Assembly: GCA_022868165.1 (NCBI GenBank)
Contig: JALHYA010000002.1
Coordinates: forward strand, 1,478-65,477
DNA from: Patescibacteria group bacterium
GTDB lineage: Bacteria > Patescibacteriota > Microgenomatia > UBA8517
Length of the DNA: 64,000 nt
Direction: 5' to 3'
Shown piece by piece: positions 36,993 to 45,200 of this stretch. The notes beneath the pieces are model-generated. The model ran no database searches and was not told the origin of the DNA. It saw only the letters and a list, made by a program, of their open reading frames with translations. Position numbers and translations under genes: made by a program. How positions within the stretch are numbered: the first letter of the stretch is position 1; the number at the start of each line of letters is the position of its first letter.

Positions 36993-37274
36993 TTATACCT
37001 GATGTCTCATCCTTCGCAATGCTTGGTCAGGGTCTCCAGTATCCATCAATGTATTATGCCTCATGTTGCCCTGCACCCTAGAAGGGTCTCTGTACGGCGA
37101 TTCAATGATTTCCCATACAACACCCTTTAGCCTTCTGAATGCTATCGTCCGAGCCTCTTCCTTTGAACGACAATCGGGAAGCGGGCCGTCAAAAAATGGT
37201 CGGCCTTTATAATTGGCAGCATAAATGTAATAGTACATCTGATGACTAACTGGCACTATCATCCTCTGTTTCAT
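36993..37274 (-). CDS. Hypothetical protein
   Basis: ORF track 93 aa. Confidence 0.45.
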   Translation of the reverse strand: MKQRMIVPVSHQMYYYIYAANYKGRPFFDGPLPDCRSKEEARTIAFRRLKGVVWEIIESPYRDPSRVQGNMRHNTLMDTGDPDQALRRMRHQV

Positions 37275-37276
37275 TG

Positions 37277-37558
37277 TTATTTCCTTCTCCGTTTTGGCTT
37301 ACCAAACACCATTCTATCGAGTTTACTAAGCGTCTTCCCTACCGACTTTATGCCTTTACGCAAATCCGTTGAGCCTCTTCTGCCTTTCAGTTGTCTAGTT
37401 TTTGCTCTCAATGTTTCTAGCTCCTTCTTTGCATTGATTTCCCCTTGCAATGCTTTATGTCTAGCTCTTTCTGCTTCGGTTAAAGCCTTTAATCGCTTCG
37501 TGTTATCGATGGCTTGCCTGACTCGCCTCTGCCTTCGTTTCTGTAGATATTTCATCAC
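37277..37558 (-). CDS. Highly basic coiled-coil small protein
   Basis: ORF track 93 aa, Lys/Arg-rich. Confidence 0.5.
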   Translation of the reverse strand: MMKYLQKRRQRRVRQAIDNTKRLKALTEAERARHKALQGEINAKKELETLRAKTRQLKGRRGSTDLRKGIKSVGKTLSKLDRMVFGKPKRRRK

Positions 37559-38274
37559 GTCCTCCTGCGCATTTTCCTATAGAATTCCATCTTTTCATCC
37601 AAGTCCTGTATGTGCTGATAGGGACTCGGCGGCAATATTGGCTCTTTCTTAGGTCGTAGAAAACCTAGCGAGCCAAACATCGTTACCATACAAAGTAGAA
37701 AGAAGCCCACTAACCCCAAATTAGCCGGCATATTATTATCGAGATTAAAATAAGCAAAGAACATAAGCACCATCCACGCACCGGCTGACAACACGGAAAG
37801 CACTGCTCTCCTGTAAATAAAAGTCAAGGCACTAATCGCTAGAGCTATGGCTACTAACCCAATCCACAAATAAGATAAACTCATGAATTTCGCCTCTTTG
37901 CTTGCCCCGATTGCTTCCCAAATTCCATCAGCCCTCTGCGACCAAGCCCTGTAGTAAGCAACTCTTGGCGACGTAAGGTCAGCATTTGAATCCGTAAAAC
38001 TGCTGTCAGTTCCATAATACACCTGATAGCCGTCTGTTCTGTCTATAGGCAAACTGCCGTATTTGACCCTCACCATTGTGTTGACAGCACCCGCCGGCTT
38101 CGTCCATGATATTCCCAATTCGTAATCGCTGACATAGGTTAATGTGAAATTCCCCGGTGAGGCTACCACAATACCCGTAACGGTTATCACCACATCCGCC
38201 GTTGTCGATGCCAATGCCGGGAACGGCACTAATCCCACAACGAGCAACCCAAGAACTATAAACCATTTCCACAA
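37555..38274 (-). CDS. Secreted protein with C-terminal TM helices. N-terminal mature sequence STTADVVITVT. Paralogue of 38888-39400 and 39460-39636.
   Basis: Signal peptide plus conserved TTADVVIT box. 3 C-terminal TM helices. Confidence 0.6.
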   Translation of the reverse strand: MWKWFIVLGLLVVGLVPFPALASTTADVVITVTGIVVASPGNFTLTYVSDYELGISWTKPAGAVNTMVRVKYGSLPIDRTDGYQVYYGTDSSFTDSNADLTSPRVAYYRAWSQRADGIWEAIGASKEAKFMSLSYLWIGLVAIALAISALTFIYRRAVLSVLSAGAWMVLMFFAYFNLDNNMPANLGLVGFFLLCMVTMFGSLGFLRPKKEPILPPSPYQHIQDLDEKMEFYRKMRRRT

Positions 38275-38284
38275 TCTTATTACC

Positions 38285-38842
38285 TCATCGCATGCTAACC
38301 AACCATCGACTGCATAGCTCAGTAGTCACGGTTCCTGCCTGCGAATTATCCATAACGCTAATCCAAAATTCCCATTTCATAGGATAGTTGGTAACATCTT
38401 TCGGCATTTCAAGCACCACTAAGATATCCCTTGTTTCTCTTGGGGCAAGAACAGGCGTGGGGTCGGCCACAATCACCCAATCCTGAGCTCCTACAGGAGG
38501 TTTCTCATAGCCCGGAGCTACATACGATGGCTCACGATATGTAACCGCAAATTTAGCAGGTAAACTGTTGCCGTTATGCACAGTTATATTGTATTCAGCC
38601 CTAGCTCCCGGATAGTAATTACTAATGTTCACCTTGCCTGGGCTGAGCCACGTTCTATCAGCCGGAGGTTCTTGGCTTGTTTCGCTTGTAACCTCTTTAA
38701 TGGCTTCAGGTGTTTGCGAAGCATCGTTAGGAGCTGACGGCTGAGGTGCTACAGGCGGAACTGCAGGAGCCACAGGATATGCCTGTACACATCCAATAGA
38801 CAATATTCCGATTAGTACTAATCCTAAAACTAAGTACTTCAT
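38285..38842 (-). CDS. Secreted or lipoprotein-like Pro/Ala-rich protein
   Basis: Signal peptide LSIGC, then a PAVPPVAPQPSAP linker. Confidence 0.55.
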   Translation of the reverse strand: MKYLVLGLVLIGILSIGCVQAYPVAPAVPPVAPQPSAPNDASQTPEAIKEVTSETSQEPPADRTWLSPGKVNISNYYPGARAEYNITVHNGNSLPAKFAVTYREPSYVAPGYEKPPVGAQDWVIVADPTPVLAPRETRDILVVLEMPKDVTNYPMKWEFWISVMDNSQAGTVTTELCSRWLVSMR

Positions 38843-38887
38843 AGTTTCACCTTATGCGTGATTTGTATGCGCATCCCACTATTCTTT

Positions 38888-39400
38888 TTAGTTCGCTGCT
38901 GCAGCAGTTATCCGAGTTGTCACTACCTTTGCATCGCCATCGAGAAAGCTAGTCGGAGCCCATATTGAAAGCCCGAATTGGTAAGAGCCGCCAGTAGTTT
39001 GGTTATCAGAAAGCATTGCAGCCGAAGCGATTTTTGGCACTGTGATGTCGCTAGTGCCCCATGTGCCACCCTTGTTTGCTTTCAAGCCAACGGTAGCTAC
39101 CGCCGGAACACATGTGTCACTGTGAATCCAGCCAGCACCGCCAGACCAATTGTCGGTAGTATTAACACCGATAGTCTGGTCTGTCACTATAGTACAAGCA
39201 TTAGTTACGGTAAAGTAAGTCGTAGTCGTATTTTCAGTCGTACTTTCCGTTACAGATGGATTCCACACACCAGGGTCTACTGAGATGCTGATATAACCCG
39301 GTGTAGCAGTTATAACAACATCGGCAGTTTTAGCAGCAAATACAGCCGTCGGCATCAGCAACACTACCAAGACTAAGAACACAAACAACCATCTTTTCAT
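38888..39400 (-). CDS. Secreted protein, mature N-terminus AKTADVVITAT (paralogue family)
   Basis: Signal peptide plus conserved box. Thr-rich. Confidence 0.6.
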   Translation of the reverse strand: MKRWLFVFLVLVVLLMPTAVFAAKTADVVITATPGYISISVDPGVWNPSVTESTTENTTTTYFTVTNACTIVTDQTIGVNTTDNWSGGAGWIHSDTCVPAVATVGLKANKGGTWGTSDITVPKIASAAMLSDNQTTGGSYQFGLSIWAPTSFLDGDAKVVTTRITAAAAN

Positions 39401-39459
39401 TTTAGCATACCTCCTTTCCTTATTTCTATTATATCACAGTCGACCTCTGTGTGTATCAT

Positions 39460-39636
39460 TTATCTCTTCTCCATATTAACATTCACTCGTACAGTTACGT
39501 GTGATGATAGATATGAGTTATCGCTTTTGACCGTAACGTCTGTTGTAGTTGCTTTAGCAGGAATATCACTCGTGCCAAACATTATGACAATTAGCAAAGC
39601 AACTAAAATTACTAAACTTTTAATCTTTCCTCTCAT
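39460..39636 (-). CDS. Small secreted protein (58 aa), mature N-terminus AKATTTDVTVK (paralogue family)
   Basis: Hand-translated. ATGA overlap with the stop of the upstream 569-aa gene. Confidence 0.45.
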   Translation of the reverse strand: MRGKIKSLVILVALLIVIMFGTSDIPAKATTTDVTVKSDNSYLSSHVTVRVNVNMEKR

Positions 39637-41342
39637 GGTATGTACACCGTGCTAGTCAGCGTAACGTTATCGGACTTCGCCACGCCATCGGTAAATTCTC
39701 CGGTCTCAAGTTTCAATTCCCACATCATCGTTGTGTTGTCTCCTAAGTTAGATATAAAAGGCTGGTCACTTGTGGTTAGCGTTACGTTATCAGTAACCAC
39801 ATCACCGCTCTTAAAAGCTAAAAGCCGTACCGTGCCCAAGCCCGGTATATTCGATGTCAGAGTCCAATTATCCCCAGCACCGGTAAAATTTGTAGCCTTT
39901 ATGCTTATGTCTATTGCAACCGAACCATCATTGGTAACAGAAAAACTGCATTCGCCATTATCAATTGGAAATATAGGAGCTGAACCTTTTGCCCAGTAGT
40001 CTGCATTCTCCTGCACATCTCCGATAACCCAGTAATCAGGTGTATTTGAGATGCTTGCCGTATCCCAAATTAAGTCATCACTTTTATAGAAATATACTTG
40101 ACCTGCCCAATAGTCTTGGTCAGTAATCTCTAGATAAATAAGTGCAAAACCAGTCTTAGTCCTATTTGTTTTAAGCCCGCTTACAGTAGGATACAATGCC
40201 CATATTAGCACAGGTGCTTCAAACACCCCCCCCCCGTCTGCTATTACTTCTAGAGTCTGCCAAGATATAGTTCTCTTTCTGTATTTTACATAATCTCCTT
40301 CGACCCATACAGTATGGACATTGTCTTCTGAGTCCATAGATATAGAGGAGTAAATGTTATCTCCGTCCATATTAGTTATCGCTTCCTGAGTTTGCCAGGA
40401 GGTAGTCCTTTCCCTATACTGAACTTGGTAGTGACTAGTGTAATCACCCCAGCTAGTTCCACACCAAACGACATGAATACTGTCCTCTGAGTCTACAGCT
40501 ATAGAACAATCAACCTGGTCTCCGTCTACGTTAGTCACTGCCTCTTGAGTTTGCCACGATGTAGTCCTCTTTCTATATTGAATCTGAGAGTGAACAGGAT
40601 AGTCTCCCCAACCCATTCCCCTCCAAGCTACATGGACATTATCCTGTGAATCTATGGCAATGGTAACGCAGTCGCCCCCATATCCGTAGTGAGCTTGAAT
40701 ATTATCTATATTAGTTATATCTTCTTGGGTCTGCCAGGAGGTGGTTCTCTCTCTATAATGAATCTGATACTGATTAGTATAAGTTCCTGTTCCTTCCCCC
40801 GCCCAAACGACATGAATGTTGTCTTGTGAATCTATGGCTATAGAAGGGGAATGTTGATAATATTCTACGTTTGTTACAGCTTCTTGAGTTTGCCAAGAAG
40901 TGGTTCTTTTTCTATATTGAATCTGAGTATAGTCAGGGTAAGTGCCCCATCCATATCCTTCCCAAACAATGTGAATATTGTCTTCTGAATCCACAGCAAT
41001 AGAAGGATTCATTTGGTAATTGCCTGATGTTGTTACACTTTCTTCTGTCCATGTTTGACCATTGTTGGTAGAATAGGCACAGCATATATTATAATCCCAC
41101 GTTTCTGCATCCTCTCTCATATATGTAGCCCATAAAGTGCCATCACTTGTACGAGCCAAGTTTTTTTGCCCATTATAAATGTCAGTAAGTTCATCTGCTA
41201 ATAGATAGGTAGAACCACCAGGATTAGCATGAACTACTGGAGTATCAATAGAGGGAATAAATAAACCAGCAACAACCAAGAAGACAACCATCAATATGGG
41301 TATAACTGGTGTCTTAGCAAGTAGCCAAGTTATCTTTTTCAT
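39633..41342 (-). CDS. Secreted 569-aa protein with five tandem ~47-aa repeats (beta-propeller-like)
   Basis: Repeat unit ..DN(I/V)H(I/V)VW.G.GWG.Y....QIQYRKRTTSWQTQEA(V/I)TN(V/M)D. Confidence 0.7.
   Translation of the reverse strand: MKKITWLLAKTPVIPILMVVFLVVAGLFIPSIDTPVVHANPGGSTYLLADELTDIYNGQKNLARTSDGTLWATYMREDAETWDYNICCAYSTNNGQTWTEESVTTSGNYQMNPSIAVDSEDNIHIVWEGYGWGTYPDYTQIQYRKRTTSWQTQEAVTNVEYYQHSPSIAIDSQDNIHVVWAGEGTGTYTNQYQIHYRERTTSWQTQEDITNIDNIQAHYGYGGDCVTIAIDSQDNVHVAWRGMGWGDYPVHSQIQYRKRTTSWQTQEAVTNVDGDQVDCSIAVDSEDSIHVVWCGTSWGDYTSHYQVQYRERTTSWQTQEAITNMDGDNIYSSISMDSEDNVHTVWVEGDYVKYRKRTISWQTLEVIADGGGVFEAPVLIWALYPTVSGLKTNRTKTGFALIYLEITDQDYWAGQVYFYKSDDLIWDTASISNTPDYWVIGDVQENADYWAKGSAPIFPIDNGECSFSVTNDGSVAIDISIKATNFTGAGDNWTLTSNIPGLGTVRLLAFKSGDVVTDNVTLTTSDQPFISNLGDNTTMMWELKLETGEFTDGVAKSDNVTLTSTVYIP
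40352..41042. repeat. Five tandem ~140-nt coding repeats within the 569-aa gene
   Basis: Protein periodicity. Confidence 0.65.
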
Positions 41343-41354
41343 TTTGTACCTTTC

Positions 41355-41525
41355 TCATTCGTTTATTATTACCGTGCCCGCACCTATAGCCGCCTTGCCA
41401 ACCGGTTTATCATTTATAACTGCCGTTGCCATATCGTAGTGTTCCGCACAATAGCATTTACCCTCTAACCAATCTTTACCTGTTTTCTTACATTTAGGCC
41501 AAGCACAACTGCCATTGTCTGCCAT
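41355..41525 (-). CDS. Small Cys-rich protein (56 aa; CAWPKCKK...CYCAEH)
   Basis: Hand-translated. GGAGA SD. Confidence 0.4.
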   Translation of the reverse strand: MADNGSCAWPKCKKTGKDWLEGKCYCAEHYDMATAVINDKPVGKAAIGAGTVIINE

Positions 41526-41526
41526 A

Positions 41527-41988
41527 CTATTTTCTCCTTACTGTTTTAAGCCCGGAATAAGGCTCTGCTCTGAATAGCCCGAACACACGTTTCTTTTTCT
41601 TTACGGGCTTCTTACCTCGCCCAAATATCCCAATTTGCGAGAAGAAGGAGTGATGTCCCCTTATATCCGCCATTACATCATAATTAAACGGCATTTTCTC
41701 CGTCTTTAACGCCACCAAATGAGCCGGCCAATATTCCACACCATTCTCCATCAGCCTCATTTCAATCAGTTCATGTTTCAAATTTTGAACTTGCGTTTCC
41801 TCTGACAATGTTTTGTCTATCAAAATTTCCTTTGTCTTTTTGTTGTTATCTATGTCAGGAAATCCCATAGCTCTGGCTGCTTCGGGGTTCATCGCTGAAT
41901 AATCGTGAAGGATTTTAGAATCGGTGAATACTACCTTTATGCCATTGTCTTTGCAGTACCCCAATAATTCCTTAAATTCTTTATTCAT
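41527..41988 (-). CDS. Hypothetical protein
   Basis: ORF track 153 aa. Confidence 0.5.
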   Translation of the reverse strand: MNKEFKELLGYCKDNGIKVVFTDSKILHDYSAMNPEAARAMGFPDIDNNKKTKEILIDKTLSEETQVQNLKHELIEMRLMENGVEYWPAHLVALKTEKMPFNYDVMADIRGHHSFFSQIGIFGRGKKPVKKKKRVFGLFRAEPYSGLKTVRRK

Positions 41989-41989
41989 C

Positions 41990-42271
41990 TTAGTATCCCG
42001 GTGGCAGCATTCCTGGTGGTTGTTTTGGTGGCTTCGGCGGAAAGATAAAGTCCTCTAAAGCCCAGACAAGAAATCCCAGAGGCACTACCAATGGAACAAA
42101 GGTCCCTATAGCAGTTATGTCTCTGGCATTCAGAAAATGGGCAGAAGATGACAGCATGGCAACAGCTACGCCTTTGACAATCCCATACCCGACACCGCCT
42201 GCAAATAAAGCTAGAGGTACTTTCCAGATTAGATTGACATACTTCTTGAACTCATCCATTTTATCTCGCAC
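41990..42271 (-). CDS. Small membrane protein (2 TM)
   Basis: ORF track 93 aa. Confidence 0.5.
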   Translation of the reverse strand: MRDKMDEFKKYVNLIWKVPLALFAGGVGYGIVKGVAVAMLSSSAHFLNARDITAIGTFVPLVVPLGFLVWALEDFIFPPKPPKQPPGMLPPGY

Positions 42272-45200
42272 CTCTTAGCGATGGCATAGGCTCTATCTGT
42301 GCCTTATGTTTTATGTGATGCTTTTTATATTTGTGAGCAAGCTCAAATTCTATTTCAGGTTTTTTACCAGCAGGTGTTTTGCTTATGTCAACATCCTGTA
42401 TGCCCATGCTAAATTTAATATCCTCTGGTATTCTACCATATTTGGCTATGATTGACTTTGCCACAGAGCCTATACCCTTTACATATTCAACTCCCTCAAT
42501 CGGGCTTCTGCTATAATAAGTATTCTTCTCAGGATAATGTCCATTCTTGTCTGGCCACTTTAGCCAAAAAATGAAACCCTGTTTCCAAGCCACAATGCCC
42601 TGTTTCTGTTTCTCTGTTAGTTCTATAGTTCCTTTGCCACCTGCACCGGGGATTATTATGATTGGCACAGGCAAACGAGGCTTTATAGGTGTTGCAAGTT
42701 TGGTAATTATCTTTTGTTGATATTTGGTTTCGATTAGTGTCTTGACCTTTGGGTTGGCAAGGGTTTTTAGCTGTGTTTGTATTGCAGCCCTTGTAGCTGC
42801 TTCAATTTTGGCTTGCAACTCTGCATTCGTTGCCGTTATGGTGGCTAGGTTCAGTTGAGTCTTCGTTAATCCCGCAGTACTGACACGAGAACTCGTCATG
42901 GCATCTACAAGCGTCTCATTATATGCTTTAATGGCTGCTTCAGTTACTGCTTGAAGCCCAGCCTGTAATTCTTTCTCTAATCCAGTCAGCGGCCTGGAAA
43001 CTGTAGTCACTATCTTAGGCATAAAAACACCAGGAATCTCAGGCATCTCTATAGGTTTTTCCGGCAACCACGGAGAGGTGGTAAAAATAAGTTTTCCACT
43101 AGTTCCAAATTTCGGTTCCTTCATTCCGGGAAAGACACTTCGGGTCTCTAATGTAACTTTTGGTTGAATAGCAATATGATTTGTGACTTTATAGGTCGAT
43201 TCACTATCGGAGATAACCTTCGGCACTTTTGTTGCACCTTCGGGCACGCTGGGTTTTTCTTTGATTTTATAATTTGGCTCTAACTCTAAGTCAAAAGTTA
43301 ATTGCTCGGCAACAACTGGCCTTTCTGCTACTGCAACAGGTCGAGGTCTTTGTTCAATTGTCTCTCTGGTTATCTCAATTTCCTTGCCAGTCTTTAGGTC
43401 AATCGCCTTTTCTTTGACAGTTTTCACAATGGGGCTGGCGGGAGAGATTGGCTCTTTTGGTTCAAGTTTGCTCTTCGGAGTCTTGCCCCAGTATGGCTCT
43501 GCTTTGCCAAAGCCCATTTTGTAATAGGTGGTTGCGTCAGCCGGCAAAGGCTGCCCTTTATTCATTAACTTGGTATATTCTGCCATTTTGGATTCTAGGT
43601 CGCCAATATCGCTATTCAATGACCTCAAATCATCTCTGATTATTTCTTTCTCTCCAGACGATGTGACTGGATTAGAATATTCTCTTTCGGCAATGCTACG
43701 TTGCCTCTTTGCCATTTCTAACCTTTTCTCTATTGTATTGATAACTTCTACGGAAGATGGTGCAGCAGTTGTCCGATACCGAGGCTTTGAGATATTGTCG
43801 TTCCAATTCTCAAGTGTTGCGTTCAATTTAGTTTTAGCATCATCAAGATTCTTTAATGCCTGCAATCTTTGAGGAGTATTCACCTTTGTTTTATCAACAA
43901 CATTCCAAGCCTTGTTAACACCTGAGATTGATTGGTTGATATCTTTGATACCTTGCCCGATACTTAACTTACCTCCAAGTTCTTTGAGCCTCTGCAACTG
44001 AGAAGTTGTCAGTTTTTCCGATACCTTTTCTGTTAAGCCTTTTAACTCTATAATTTCAGCAGGCGTCTTGTTTGTTATGCCTTGAAGTTGCTTTACTCTT
44101 GACAAAGTCTTGGCAGACATTGAAGATTCAGATATCTTCTGAACACTTATTTTATCAAGTTTACTCAATCTTTGAAATTCCAGTTCTTCCATTTTTGTTC
44201 TACCAATTAATTTGCTTAGTTTCTCCAATTGGCCAAGTTCCTTTGGAGTTATATCCTGTAATATCTGTAATTTGTTAAAGAGTGCTTTGTCAGTAACTCT
44301 CGATTTCTGTATAGCCTTCTGAACATCATTGGCTAACCTTGCATAACTATTGCTCTTCAAAGGAATCTTCTCAAGTTTAGTTAAACTTACTTTCATATCA
44401 TCATAAGCTGCGCCACTCTCTTTGGCTAACTTCAGAAGCTTCTCTGCTTCTAATCTGCCAACGCCAACTGCAACTTTGCCCTTTACTGACTCAAAGGCAA
44501 CTGCCTGTGGAACATTGGCTCGCAAGATTGCTGCTTCCTCTGGAGAAACAGTGACTAACTTATCTAGTTTTGCCTGCAAGGATTTAAGACTGATAGAATC
44601 TGGATGCACCAAAGCCTTTTTGAGATACCTACCAGAAAGGACATAATGTTCTGCCTCGGCTGGTGCCCATGTAGCAGCTTCTCCAGTAGGCTTAAACTTG
44701 GGCAGTTCTTTTGTAGGTATGTCAACAAAGTAAAGAACACTCTCGCCTTTTCCAGCTGTGTATGCTTTTGCCTCTCCAATATCTGCCGAGTACCACCTGC
44801 CTGATACCTTTTTCTCAGCACCAGCTAACTCGGCAGCAGTCTTGCCTCCAGTCATATAACTTCTGCCGGGTGAAGGCTCGCCACGATATACTCTTGTATA
44901 ACCTTCAGCTACCGGCATCGCTTTGCTTCTCAATATACCCAACTCTTGAGTATTCGCTATCTGCTTTATTGCTACAGAAGGCATTTTCGCTGTCTTGGGA
45001 ATCTCTACTTTAGCCTGTGCTTTAGCAGGTAGAGACCTGATTCCTTTCAGTCCACTCAGCACACCAGAAATAACCCAAGCATCCATCAAGGCACTAATAG
45101 CTATGTTTTTCTTTGCTTCATCTTGTTCAGCTATTGTCATGGTATCCCATTTTGTCATAACATCATTGGCACTCTTGACTGTTTCAGCAGTGAAGACTAC

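Noticed and set aside
36276-37130. 284-aa + strand ORF and 36476-36892 + strand ORF
   Set aside because: Low-complexity Phe/Ser/Leu-rich translation lacking RBS. The region is better explained by a series of minus-strand micro-ORFs, each with a strong SD.
38006-38272. 88-aa minus-strand ORF in alternative frame of 37555-38274
   Set aside because: Entirely nested in the secreted-protein gene. Gly/Cys-rich nonsense composition.
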